64,000 nucleotides of DNA from Candidatus Saccharimonadia bacterium. GTDB lineage: Bacteria > Patescibacteriota > Saccharimonadia > UBA4664. The number at the start of each line of letters is the position of its first letter. Position 1 is the stretch's first letter. Shown here piece after piece: positions 10,329 through 21,504 of this stretch. The DNA lies in contig DATKIP010000076.1 in assembly GCA_035544015.1 (NCBI GenBank), positions 192,299 to 256,298 of the forward strand, in the 5' to 3' direction. The position numbers and the translations under genes are program-made. The notes below the pieces were generated by a model. The model did not search any database. It was given only the letters and a program-made list of their open reading frames with translations, and was not told where the DNA came from.

Positions 10329-10405
10329 GGGGCTGTAGCTCAGTTGGCTAGAGCGCTGCATTCGCATTGCAGAGGTCAAGGGTTCGAATCCCTTCAGCTC
10401 CACCA
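10329..10405 (+). tRNA. tRNA-Ala(CGC)
   Basis: GGGGCTG acceptor, TAGCTCAGTTGG D-arm, CTGCA-TTCGCAT-TGCAG anticodon arm, GGTTCGAATCC, encoded CCA. Confidence 0.96.
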
Positions 10406-10423
10406 GGAATTATCTATTCGAAC

Positions 10424-10446
10424 AAGAGAGCCGCAAGGCTCTTTTT
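10424..10446 (+). terminator. Intrinsic terminator after tRNA-Ala
   Basis: AGAGCC-GCAA-GGCTCT followed by a T run. Confidence 0.75.
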
Positions 10447-10469
10447 GGTTGCTATGCTAAAATAGACTC

Positions 10470-10694
10470 ATGGAAACCCAAGTTTACACCGTCATCTATG
10501 AAGCCGATCCTGAGGGCGGGTTTGTGGCGTCCGTACCCGCTTTGCCCGGATGCTACAGCCAGGGTGACACGCTCGAAGAGGCCGAAACCAACATCACCGA
10601 AGCGATTGTGCTATATTTGGAGTCGCTGAAAGAAGAGCACAAGGAATTGCCCCAAGACCATATCTGGCAAGGCCGGGTTCAGGTCGCAGTCTAA
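10470..10694 (+). CDS. hicB: HicB family antitoxin
   Basis: GGFVASVPALPGCYSQGDTLEEA motif; short form without a DNA-binding domain. Confidence 0.9.
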   Translation: METQVYTVIYEADPEGGFVASVPALPGCYSQGDTLEEAETNITEAIVLYLESLKEEHKELPQDHIWQGRVQVAV

Positions 10695-10930
10695 TGCCCG
10701 ATAGCTCGGTGCCCAGCCTCACGTCGGAAAAGGTCGTTAAGGCCCTCAAGAAATGCGGATTTGTAGAGCTCAGGCAAAAGGGCAGCCACTTGGTATTATT
10801 CAACGAAGTGACCAATAAACGCGTAGTCGTACCGATACACAAGGGCAAGGACATCAAGAAGGGGCTGCTTCGCAAGATCATTGAGCTAGAAGCACAGCTC
10901 ACTATAAATGAGTTTTTAAAGCTCTTGTAG
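10694..10930 (+). CDS. hicA: HicA family toxin (mRNA interferase)
   Basis: GFVELRQKGSHLVL, VVPIHKGKDIKKGLLRKI; translationally coupled to hicB. Confidence 0.9.
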   Translation: MPDSSVPSLTSEKVVKALKKCGFVELRQKGSHLVLFNEVTNKRVVVPIHKGKDIKKGLLRKIIELEAQLTINEFLKLL

Positions 10931-11111
10931 TTATTAATCCCCGCTATCCCTAATTTGAGCCTCCGGGTGGTTCGTTCGTCCCCGCCTTCCCATTTTGACT
11001 AAACTAAGATATACAAATACTGAGCGCAGCCTCCGAAAGGAGCTTCAGCCGCATCCGTGGCCGCTCGCTCTTTCGTATCTGGGGCGCTCTCGTAGCCTGA
11101 AAGGGGCACAC

Positions 11112-13043
<1,932 letters not shown>

Positions 13044-13060
13044 CTGGCGTCAAGCGAGCC

Positions 13061-13091
13061 GGGCCGGGGAGCGTACCTTGCTCCCCGGCCC
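13061..13091 (+). terminator. GC-rich hairpin after the FG-GAP gene
   Basis: GGGCCGGGGAGC / GCTCCCCGGCCC perfect 12-bp stem. Confidence 0.55.
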
Positions 13092-13119
13092 CTCCCAACA
13101 AATAAGGTATTATCAAAGC

Positions 13120-13986
13120 ATGAAAGCCGCCGCCATCCTCGTCAAATCCTTCACCCAGGACCAGGCCGCCGGCAACCCGGCCGGGATTGTGCTCGACGCA
13201 GACAAGCTGACCGACCAACAAATGCAGCATATCGCCACAGAGCTTGGCTTTGCCGAAACCATGTTTGTGCTGCCCTCGAGCAAAGCCGATTTCCGTCTGC
13301 GCTTCTTTGCTCCCAATCATGAAGTCGACCTCTGCGGCCACGGCACAATCGCCAGCTTTCATGTGCTGCTCGAACAAGGCCGTCTAGACCTGGACGGCCA
13401 TGAAGCCAAGGACTTCACCCAAGAAACCCGCGCCGGCCTCCTAGGCGTCACGGTCCACGGGGATGGTCGGGTGGTCATGACTCAAAATAACCCCACCTTC
13501 ACCGAAATCGAAGAAGATAAAGCAAATATAGCCAGGCTCCTCGGCATTGCCCAAAACGATATATCGTCCGAATCGCCAATCCAGATCGTCTCCACCGGCA
13601 CACCCAAGCTCCTCATCCCACTCCGCACACTCCCGTCCCTCCGCTCGGTCAAGCCCGAACTGAAAGGCATAAAGGATTACTGTCGTACCACCCCCGCGCG
13701 CGGTTTCTATCCCTTCACTACCGAATCGCCCATAGCCGGCACCGACTTCTTCGCCCGCCAGTTCAACCCCCTAGCCGACGAAAACGAAGATCCCGTTACC
13801 GGCGTAGCGGCCGGCGCACTGGGTTGCTACGCCAAAAAATACCATGTCTATGACAAGCCAACCTTCGTCGTGGCTCAAGGTTACGATCTAGGTATGGGCG
13901 GCAATATGTTCGTTGACGTGAGCGACGGCGTAAAGGTTGGCGGGTATGCGATGACCTACGGGCGGAAAGAATTGGAGGTTGTATGA
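13120..13986 (+). CDS. PhzF family epimerase/isomerase
   Basis: GNPAGIV, ETMF, LRFFAPNHEVDLCGHGT, EDPVTG. Confidence 0.92.
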   Translation: MKAAAILVKSFTQDQAAGNPAGIVLDADKLTDQQMQHIATELGFAETMFVLPSSKADFRLRFFAPNHEVDLCGHGTIASFHVLLEQGRLDLDGHEAKDFTQETRAGLLGVTVHGDGRVVMTQNNPTFTEIEEDKANIARLLGIAQNDISSESPIQIVSTGTPKLLIPLRTLPSLRSVKPELKGIKDYCRTTPARGFYPFTTESPIAGTDFFARQFNPLADENEDPVTGVAAGALGCYAKKYHVYDKPTFVVAQGYDLGMGGNMFVDVSDGVKVGGYAMTYGRKELEVV

Positions 13987-14075
13987 AATTCCCTATACAA
14001 CAGTTTGAGCCCTCAGTAAGGGTGAGGACCCAAACTGAAGGCTCATACGAGACTTCCCATTAAGCACTAGACCTT

Positions 14076-15161
14076 TTACGGCCGCGGCCCCCATTGGAAG
14101 CTATCGTGGGCTAGTTCTGCCAGCTTTAGTACCTCCACATCGGCGGTCGCTTGAGCGAGGTGCATGACGTCGTCCCTCTGCCCTTCGAGATTTGGAGTGA
14201 GCGGCCGGGCCAGGACATTGAGAATCTTGGTCGACCCGTCCGGTCCGATGATGTAGTCGATCGCCGGATAGCCCAGCGCTCCGTACCGCGACGCGAGAAT
14301 CGCATGGAGGTCTCCATGCAGCTTGCGCAGCGAGGGGAACGAATCGAACACCTGCTCCGGCTCGAGCAGATGCAGCTCGGTTGCAAACCGTTCTCCTACA
14401 TCTTCCGGGTTACTCAGCCGTAGTTCGGCCGCCGGTGCTTGATCGGACGGCAGCCACAGCGGCTGATAGATCCGCAGCGCATGCAGGCAACCGGCTCCGA
14501 GCCGGTCGCTCGGCGCCAGACCGAGAGCACCCAGCAAGTCCTGGTCGCCCATTCCTGGCTCCACCGCCTGCAGGACCGGAGCATCGCCAAACCGAGCCAC
14601 GAAGGCCGGCGTGAGCTCGTCTCGCCGCACCAGCTGAGCGCGGCTTGATGGGTCGGCACCCACATCCATCACGACGTTTGGCTTGAGGAAGAAATGTGTT
14701 TCTTCCGGCCACCGGCCCGGCTTCCGGCCGTCAAAAGCTACGCTTTCAACGCTCTGGCCGCTAAACCCCAGCTCGTCCAGCACTCGCCCGAGGCCGAGCC
14801 GCGTCTTTAGGTCTTGCCGCAGACGGGCAAAGTTGTAACCCCGCCCAGGCAGGAACGCCAGCTTGTTTCCTCCCTCCCGCCAGATAACATCACGCAGGCG
14901 CCACGCCGGCGCGTAAATACCCTCTTCTAGTGTCCACGGCCCTCCCCCATACACCGTAAACGTACGAATAAGCCCGTCCTCGTCGTAGGTTGTGGGGTCT
15001 TGTGCTTGGATGAGGAGCACCTGTACGCCATATTTACGTCCGAGAGCATTCGATAGGTATTCCTGGCGGGGAAAACGTTGGTTGTGTAAAGGAGCGCGGC
15101 CCTCAATGACCGCCACCGGTTCCCCTGGGTTAAAGCCGAAGACACCCATGTTTTGTGGCAT
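14076..15161 (-). CDS. Hypothetical protein, possibly divergent ATP-grasp fold
   Basis: FFLKP, VLQ and AIDYIIGPDGSTKILNVLARP resemble ATP-grasp motifs in order. Confidence 0.45.
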   Translation of the reverse strand: MPQNMGVFGFNPGEPVAVIEGRAPLHNQRFPRQEYLSNALGRKYGVQVLLIQAQDPTTYDEDGLIRTFTVYGGGPWTLEEGIYAPAWRLRDVIWREGGNKLAFLPGRGYNFARLRQDLKTRLGLGRVLDELGFSGQSVESVAFDGRKPGRWPEETHFFLKPNVVMDVGADPSSRAQLVRRDELTPAFVARFGDAPVLQAVEPGMGDQDLLGALGLAPSDRLGAGCLHALRIYQPLWLPSDQAPAAELRLSNPEDVGERFATELHLLEPEQVFDSFPSLRKLHGDLHAILASRYGALGYPAIDYIIGPDGSTKILNVLARPLTPNLEGQRDDVMHLAQATADVEVLKLAELAHDSFQWGPRP

Positions 15162-15220
15162 AAAAATAAGTATACTAGCTAGCGCCGTATAGCCGTTTAA
15201 GAACATCTATGGGGGAACAT

Positions 15221-15652
15221 ATGTCGGAATCGGAAAAAGTAGTATATACAGGGCATTTTCTTCTCGATCCTCAGGAGTTGCTGTCGCAGCTGCCCCCTCA
15301 GATCAGCGGGGAGGGGACGACAACCTATGCCCATCATGTGACAAAAGAATTTGAACCAGCAGACGGGAAAGAAGGCGTAACCCCCGGTCGTGAACGCACA
15401 CTTCACGTTACCGGCCACGTTGTAGCCGATGGAGTGCACGCCGCGATAGTTGAGTCACCGGATGGAGACGCAATATCGACGAAAAAGCACCCGCATATCA
15501 CCATCGCTACAATTCAAGGTATCCCACCCGTTAGGAGTAACGACGTCATTGCTCGAGCCAGCGAGACGGGAACCATCATGCCCGTTGAGCCCCCGATCGA
15601 AATCAAAACAGTCGAAGGCTATTTTGATGGCGAGACCGTGCATACGAGCTAA
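15221..15652 (+). CDS. 2H phosphoesterase (tRNA-ligase CPDase-like)
   Basis: Two HxT motifs (HHVT, PHIT) followed by GIPPVRSND; alternative start at 15209. Confidence 0.6.
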   Translation: MSESEKVVYTGHFLLDPQELLSQLPPQISGEGTTTYAHHVTKEFEPADGKEGVTPGRERTLHVTGHVVADGVHAAIVESPDGDAISTKKHPHITIATIQGIPPVRSNDVIARASETGTIMPVEPPIEIKTVEGYFDGETVHTS

Positions 15653-15704
15653 TAAAGCACGACATTCTCCAGAGCCTCGCGGCTCTGTTTGGTATAGTAA
15701 AACC

Positions 15705-16283
15705 ATGTCGAAAACCGCTCCCAAAATTCTCGCCTGGATCAATTGCTACGGGGGCTGGACGCCCGAGCTGCGCCACCCGGTTGAAACTATCGGCTACGAT
15801 CAATATCTCGAAAGCATAGCCAATGCCCTCGCCGCCCTCGAAGGCCGAATCGAGGCCGTGTATGTTTCGGGCGGCATGCGCGACCCGGCCGGCCGCACCG
15901 AGTGTGAGACCACAATCCCCGAGATTTCCCGCCGGCTTCAGCGCCGGGGCGTTTCCGGCTTGAGCATGAATGCCGACGAGCAGAGCCTCACGAGCATTAC
16001 GATAGCCAGGAAATTTTTGGAACTCTGGCAAGCCAAATACGCCGGCTGCATCCCGCTCCTGTTTTGCGATCAAGCTCGGTACGAAACCAACGCCTACGTC
16101 CTGAAGCAGTTTGCCGAAACATCCAGGCGCGATCTACCACCCATCCATGAAGTATTAATCCCCATACCCAGGCTCGACAACCACCCCAACAGCACGCCCG
16201 AAAAGCAGGCCGAAAAATTACGGCACCTGAAAGAAAAGGGGATCGAGGCGGTGGAAAAACTTGAGATTGAGGCGCGCCGGTAG
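15705..16283 (+). CDS. Hypothetical protein (possible DUF218/YdcF-like fold)
   Basis: VYVSGG...TECE and EQSLTS resemble YdcF motifs; weak. Confidence 0.45.
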   Translation: MSKTAPKILAWINCYGGWTPELRHPVETIGYDQYLESIANALAALEGRIEAVYVSGGMRDPAGRTECETTIPEISRRLQRRGVSGLSMNADEQSLTSITIARKFLELWQAKYAGCIPLLFCDQARYETNAYVLKQFAETSRRDLPPIHEVLIPIPRLDNHPNSTPEKQAEKLRHLKEKGIEAVEKLEIEARR

Positions 16284-16288
16284 CTGCT

Positions 16289-16915
16289 ATGATCAAAGCC
16301 ATCATCTTCGACATCGACGGCGTATTGGTAGACTCTAAAAACGCCAATGTGGCCTTGTTTCAGACCATCTTGAGCAAGGCCGGCTATCCCACGCCCAGCC
16401 GTTCCGCGGTACTCAGGCATTTTCATCAGCCCCTGTGGCAGGCGCTCGAAAAACTCACGGGTTCCACCGATCAAGACGAAATACGGCGTATCTGGGAGCT
16501 AGCCAAGGACCCCGCCATGCGAAATCCGGACCTGTTTGAGTTTCCCGATAGACTCGAAGACACACTCGAACAGATTCATAAACGCTATAAGCTGGCAATC
16601 GTCACCAGCCGCATCCAAGCCGGAGTCGACGAAATTTTCAACGCGCGCCAAATCAAACATCTCTTTGACGTAGTCGTAACATTCGAAGATTATGAGAACC
16701 CCAAGCCTCATCCAGAGCCGCTTTTGGTCGCACTAAAGCGATTAAATATCCAGACGGAAGAAGCCATATATGTGGGCGACAGCCATTCAGATATTGATGC
16801 CGCTACGGCCGCCGGTATGAAAAGCATTCATCTCGCAATCGAAAAGCACGATGACGCCTCCGCCGGCATCGCTCATTTCGATGAAATAGTCGGGGCCATC
16901 GAGCAGATTGCGTAA
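16289..16915 (+). CDS. HAD family hydrolase (phosphoglycolate phosphatase-like)
   Basis: FDIDGVLVDS, IVTS, KPHPE, YVGDSHSD. Confidence 0.92.
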   Translation: MIKAIIFDIDGVLVDSKNANVALFQTILSKAGYPTPSRSAVLRHFHQPLWQALEKLTGSTDQDEIRRIWELAKDPAMRNPDLFEFPDRLEDTLEQIHKRYKLAIVTSRIQAGVDEIFNARQIKHLFDVVVTFEDYENPKPHPEPLLVALKRLNIQTEEAIYVGDSHSDIDAATAAGMKSIHLAIEKHDDASAGIAHFDEIVGAIEQIA

Positions 16916-16927
16916 AGCCATGATCTC

Positions 16928-17722
16928 ATGACCCCCGCCGAAGCCATCGTCCAAACCCTGCTGGCCGAAATCACCAACGTGCTGGGCGACCGGCTGGTCG
17001 GCCTGTACATCTACGGCTCGCTCGCCCAGGGCGACTTCGACCCCCAAGCCAGCGACATCGATCTGGTGGCCGTCACTACCACGCCGCTCTCGTGGCTGTA
17101 CCTGCGCCGGCTCCAAACGATGCATGCGGCTCTCGACGCCGTCCACCCGGAGTGGCCGGAGCTCATCGACATCCAGTACCTACCGCTCGAGGCCTTGCAG
17201 CAGCCCACCCGACCCACCGGCCTCATAGCCATGCAGCGTCCCGGCACCAATTTCCACTCCGCCACCCGGGTCGACCGGCTGCTCGTGGCGTACCATGTGC
17301 GCGACGCCGGCCGCGCCGTCACCGGCCCCGCCCCGACCACCATTGTCGCGCCCATCACGCCCGCGCAGGTGCAATTTCACAGCGGGGCCGAGCTTGTCAC
17401 CTGGCCGGAATACATGCAGACCACCCACGATCTCGCGTTTCAGACCTTCCTCATTCTCACAATCTGTCATAAGCTCTATACCGCCCACCATGGCCGGCTC
17501 ACGAGCAAGCCCCAGGCCGCCGTCTGGGCCGCCGACTTGTATCCCCGTAAGGCACCGATCATCCACGCGGCGCTCGAGTGGCGGCAGGGCCACACCGAGG
17601 GCGTTGATCCCGAATCCACCTACCCCGGCACCGTTGCGTTCATTAATTTTATGATCGACGAAATTAGGGCCGTGCCGACATTGCCAACCTCACCCCAAAA
17701 GAGGTATAACCAGCAGGTATGA
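16928..17722 (+). CDS. Nucleotidyltransferase with DUF4111 domain (aminoglycoside adenylyltransferase-like)
   Basis: GLYIYGSLAQGDFDPQASDIDL; C-terminal SKPQAAVWA. Confidence 0.8.
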   Translation: MTPAEAIVQTLLAEITNVLGDRLVGLYIYGSLAQGDFDPQASDIDLVAVTTTPLSWLYLRRLQTMHAALDAVHPEWPELIDIQYLPLEALQQPTRPTGLIAMQRPGTNFHSATRVDRLLVAYHVRDAGRAVTGPAPTTIVAPITPAQVQFHSGAELVTWPEYMQTTHDLAFQTFLILTICHKLYTAHHGRLTSKPQAAVWAADLYPRKAPIIHAALEWRQGHTEGVDPESTYPGTVAFINFMIDEIRAVPTLPTSPQKRYNQQV

Positions 17723-18918
17723 AAACCGTAAAAGCTCTCACCTTCGACACCGCCCAAGACTCCTGGGAAGGCTCCACGGGCTTCGTGCTGCGCGACATCC
17801 CCATGCCCACCCTGGATGAAGCCGCCGATCCCGCCGACGCCACCTCGGTGATCCTCAAAATCCGCTACGCCGGCTTCTGCGGCACCGACCGCGGCATCTG
17901 GTACCGCAACGTCTTTCACGACCTCATCCATGATAGCCTCAAAGCCCAGGGCCAGACCCAGCGCGTGCTCGGTCACGAATTCGTCGGCGAGATCATCGAG
18001 GCCGGCTCCATGGTGCACACGCTCTACTACGACCCCGACCCCGCCAACCCGGTCAAAATTGAGGTCGGCAGCCTCGTCTCCGGCGACTCGCATGTCACCT
18101 GCGGCAAGTGCTACCAGTGCCGCATCGGCGAGGCCAACGTCTGCATGAACGAATCAATTCTCGGCATCTCCATCAACGGCATTTTCGCCGAATACGTGAA
18201 AGTACCGGCCAAAAACCTCTGGGCCATCGACGAGTCGCGTATCCGGCCCGAAATCGCCGCCGTCATGGACCCTTTTGGCAACGCAGTGCACGCCGTCACC
18301 AAGGTCGACGTGCGCGGCCAGCGCGTGGCCGTGATGGGCTGCGGCCCCATCGGCCTGTTCGCCATCTTGCTGCTCAAAAACTTCGGCGCGGCCAAAATCA
18401 TCGCGGTCGACATCAATCCCGACAACCTCGCTATGGCCAAAGAGCTCGGCGCACACGAGACCATCCAAATCGAGAAGAAGTCCAAAGAACACGATTACGA
18501 CCACGATCCCGAAGTCATCGACCGCATCCATGAGCTCACCTACGGCAAAGGCGTCGACGTCGCCATGGAAATGGCCGGCCCGCCGTCGAGCCTCAACAAT
18601 GCGCTCGAAGCCACCCGCCGCGGCGGCCAGGTAGTGCTTTTTGGCCTTAAGGACGGTGATTTCACTATCCCCAAATTCTCGCGCTTCATCGTGAAAGGCC
18701 TCACCGTGCACGGCATCATCGGCCGCCGCATCTTCGAAACCTGGCAAATCTCGCAGCGCATCCTCTCGGACCGGTCAAACGGCATCCAAGACAAAATGTG
18801 GGATGTCATCCTCAAAGGCGGGCAGGGGACCATCGTCCCACTCGCCCAATACAACCCCAAAGACTTCGAACAATCGCTCAATGCCCACCCCAAAATTGTC
18901 ATCAAAATCGGCGGCTAA
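17719..18918 (+). CDS. tdh: Zn-dependent dehydrogenase, L-threonine 3-dehydrogenase-like
   Basis: FCGTD, GHEFVG, CGKCYQC...C, DPFGNAVH, GCGPIG; near a kbl-like gene. Confidence 0.75.
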   Translation: MKTVKALTFDTAQDSWEGSTGFVLRDIPMPTLDEAADPADATSVILKIRYAGFCGTDRGIWYRNVFHDLIHDSLKAQGQTQRVLGHEFVGEIIEAGSMVHTLYYDPDPANPVKIEVGSLVSGDSHVTCGKCYQCRIGEANVCMNESILGISINGIFAEYVKVPAKNLWAIDESRIRPEIAAVMDPFGNAVHAVTKVDVRGQRVAVMGCGPIGLFAILLLKNFGAAKIIAVDINPDNLAMAKELGAHETIQIEKKSKEHDYDHDPEVIDRIHELTYGKGVDVAMEMAGPPSSLNNALEATRRGGQVVLFGLKDGDFTIPKFSRFIVKGLTVHGIIGRRIFETWQISQRILSDRSNGIQDKMWDVILKGGQGTIVPLAQYNPKDFEQSLNAHPKIVIKIGG

Positions 18919-19289
18919 CCAACCGGAAACTTGTCGCCGGGTAAACTAGGGGCCTTTATGCAGATTAATTCCGCATCTTCACTAGTCGAGATGTCGGCAA
19001 CCACAGACCCTGGCCAAATGATATAGAAGTCCCCCCTGTGCAGTTCGTGCCCCTGGCCGTCGATAGTCAGCTTGATCCAGCCCTGGATAACGATGTTGAT
19101 TTCTATCGCGACCTTATGCATATGCGCCTGCTCGGGCGAAGGCGACTGGCTCGGAAGTTTGTTCCAGGCCACTTCTACATCATCCGAACGCAGCAGAGGC
19201 TCGGGCATAAAAGCCCCAAAGAACCACCCCTTGCCTTGAATATGGTCGTCGACGCGCCCGACAAACGACTTCCCGAAGTTCTGCGCCAT
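18915..19289 (-). CDS. Cupin domain protein
   Basis: HMHKVAIEINIVIQG and GDFYIIWPG cupin motifs. Confidence 0.75.
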   Translation of the reverse strand: MAQNFGKSFVGRVDDHIQGKGWFFGAFMPEPLLRSDDVEVAWNKLPSQSPSPEQAHMHKVAIEINIVIQGWIKLTIDGQGHELHRGDFYIIWPGSVVADISTSEDAELICIKAPSLPGDKFPVG

Positions 19290-19295
19290 GATTAT

Positions 19296-20483
19296 TTAGC
19301 GCCCCGTGGCGCGCTTAAACGCCGCCAGCCCCTTGTCGCAATCTTCGCGGCTAAAGCTCGCCGATACAATCACTCGTATCCGCGCCGTACCCTTGGGCAC
19401 CATCGGAAACACAATGGGGGTCGCGAACACGCCGTCGTCAAACAACTTTGCGCTCACCTCGCGCGCCGTGTCTTCGTCGCCGAGCATCACCGGAATAATC
19501 GGCGTTTCCGAGTGTCCAATATCAAACCCAAGCTCCGTAAAGCCTTTGCGCAGGTAGTCTACGTTGTCCCACAGCTTCTGTACCAGGTCCTGCGACTCGT
19601 CCAAAATCCGCACCGCCTCCAGCGCTGCCGCCGTATCCGGGATCGTCAGCGCAATCGAAAACAGCCGCTGTCGCGCCTTTGCGTTGTAAAAATTAATCAG
19701 TTCATGACGGCCCGCAATGAACCCGCCCATCACCGAAAACGCCTTGGACAAGCTGCCCACCTCGATGTCCACCTGGCCCACGAGCCCAAAATGGTCCACC
19801 ACGCCGCGTCCGCCTTTGCCCATCACGCCCTCGCCGTGGGCATCGTCCACCATCGTTATGGCGTCGTACTGCTTCGCCAGCTCCACAATCCGCGGCAACG
19901 GCGCCAGGTCGCCATCCATCGAAAACACCCCGTCGGTCACGATCAGCACGAGCAGCGCGCTGCCATCGGCTTTGGGCGTGGCCCGCAACTCCGCCGCCTC
20001 CTGTAGCTTAGCCTCCAGGTCGGCCATATCGGCATGCGCATACACCAATTTCTGCTTCACCCCGCTCAGTCGCACCGCATCGATAATCGACGCATGGTTG
20101 AGCGCATCCGAAATCACGATATCTTCCTTGCCCAAAATCGTCTGAATCGCCGCCGCATTGGCCGCGTAGGCACTCGAAAGCACCATGGCGCCTTGCGTGC
20201 CCTTAAACTTCGCAATGCTCCGCTCCAGCTCCAGATGCAGCTCATGCGTCCCCGCTAGCGTGCGGTACCCCGTGCCGATGCCGTATTTCGCCATTGCTTC
20301 AGTCGCCGCCTGCCTCAAGCGCGCGTCCACCGCGAAGCCCAGATAATGGCTCGAGCAAAAGTTGAGCCGCGGCTGCCCGTCAATCGTGAGGTACGCTCCC
20401 TGCCCGCTCGTAATCACGCGCGGCGGCTTATAGCCTTTTTCGGCCTCAGATAGTTTTTGGTAGAATTCGTCAGTAGTCTTCAT
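19296..20483 (-). CDS. kbl: Glycine C-acetyltransferase / AONS family PLP enzyme
   Basis: NHASIIDA, TDGVFSMDGD, VDDAHGEG, GSLSKA (PLP lysine); next to tdh. Confidence 0.78.
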   Translation of the reverse strand: MKTTDEFYQKLSEAEKGYKPPRVITSGQGAYLTIDGQPRLNFCSSHYLGFAVDARLRQAATEAMAKYGIGTGYRTLAGTHELHLELERSIAKFKGTQGAMVLSSAYAANAAAIQTILGKEDIVISDALNHASIIDAVRLSGVKQKLVYAHADMADLEAKLQEAAELRATPKADGSALLVLIVTDGVFSMDGDLAPLPRIVELAKQYDAITMVDDAHGEGVMGKGGRGVVDHFGLVGQVDIEVGSLSKAFSVMGGFIAGRHELINFYNAKARQRLFSIALTIPDTAAALEAVRILDESQDLVQKLWDNVDYLRKGFTELGFDIGHSETPIIPVMLGDEDTAREVSAKLFDDGVFATPIVFPMVPKGTARIRVIVSASFSREDCDKGLAAFKRATGR

Positions 20484-20538
20484 AATGGCACTTAGTCTAC
20501 GCCTCCGCAGCGTCATCTGCCAGTGGTATAATCCGCTT

Positions 20539-20976
20539 ATGCTAAAACTTCAACGTCTCTTCCGCATCCTCCTCATCCCCATGGCTGTAGTACTGCCCGC
20601 CTGGGTAACGCTATCACACAGCGGGTGGCTGTCGATTATTTATATATTCACCTTCGGTCCCGCGGTGTTCGTCGCCCTCTTGGTCATCGGCTTCATCATC
20701 AGCGGCCGCCCCGACGTCAAAAAATCCGGACTCGTCAGCCGCCCCGACGTGTGGCTGCTCGGCGCGCTCTACCTATCGCTGCTCCTATTCGGCTTCTTCG
20801 TGGTCGACGGCGGCGACACCAGCGAGAGCCTCAATTCCGTCTCCATGACCGTCTTCGGCCGCGGCTTTGAGCCCGCCACCGAATTACTCCAGGCATGGCT
20901 CGGCATCAGCTCAATCCTACTCGCGATCATCACCTTTATTTTTGCAATATTCGAAAGATTTAAGCGCCACTCCTAA
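20539..20976 (+). CDS. Hypothetical 4-TM membrane protein
   Basis: Four hydrophobic segments; TGGTATAAT box just upstream. Confidence 0.6.
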   Translation: MLKLQRLFRILLIPMAVVLPAWVTLSHSGWLSIIYIFTFGPAVFVALLVIGFIISGRPDVKKSGLVSRPDVWLLGALYLSLLLFGFFVVDGGDTSESLNSVSMTVFGRGFEPATELLQAWLGISSILLAIITFIFAIFERFKRHS

Positions 20977-20991
20977 TTGAGGCGGACCACT

Positions 20992-21046
20992 CATCGGTAA
21001 ATTACCTCCCTTTTGGGTACTACCCATTTGGGAGGTAATTCCGATG
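20992..21046. repeat. 55-bp imperfect palindrome, homologous to 24582-24631
   Basis: CATCGG-AATTACCTCCC...GGGAGGTAATT-CCGATG. Confidence 0.75.
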
Positions 21047-21099
21047 CAACAACCCAAACCGGTTCCGTGCCCAGCTCCGGCGAATGGTAGAGTAAAACA

Positions 21100-21441
21100 A
21101 TGCCAATACTAAACGCCTATTACACGAGCCCCGAGCAGCTTCGCATCATGGAGGAAATGACGCCCGCCATAAAGCAGTTCGTAGCCGCTCAGCTGACGTG
21201 TGGCGAGCTGAGCCTCAGTCCTGGCGAGGTCACGGTCCGCCTAATGCAAGTAGAAGGTAGCGGCATGATCGGCGATGTCGAGATCGACATGGTCGCGCAT
21301 GAGTTTCAAGAAAGGGTGGAAGACCAAGACGGAATCTGTCAGCGCGTGAAAGCGTACCTCGAACAAGCTTCGCCAGGCCTCGGGGAGGTCCGCGTCTGGC
21401 TCAACCTGGGGCAGCTTGGCCACAGCTGGAAGGCGCAATAG
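21100..21441 (+). CDS. Hypothetical protein (tautomerase/MIF-like)
   Basis: Met-Pro start and about 113 aa, typical of the tautomerase superfamily; weak. Confidence 0.5.
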   Translation: MPILNAYYTSPEQLRIMEEMTPAIKQFVAAQLTCGELSLSPGEVTVRLMQVEGSGMIGDVEIDMVAHEFQERVEDQDGICQRVKAYLEQASPGLGEVRVWLNLGQLGHSWKAQ

Positions 21442-21504
21442 CGCCTAAATCGATCCCCTCCTCATAGCCCCTGGCGGGGGAGCGCCGCCTTCTCGCCAGG
21501 GGCT

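Noticed and set aside
16928-17722. Calling this gene aadA, or 40970-42094 a true beta-lactamase
   Set aside because: Only family-level motifs are visible, so resistance function cannot be supported
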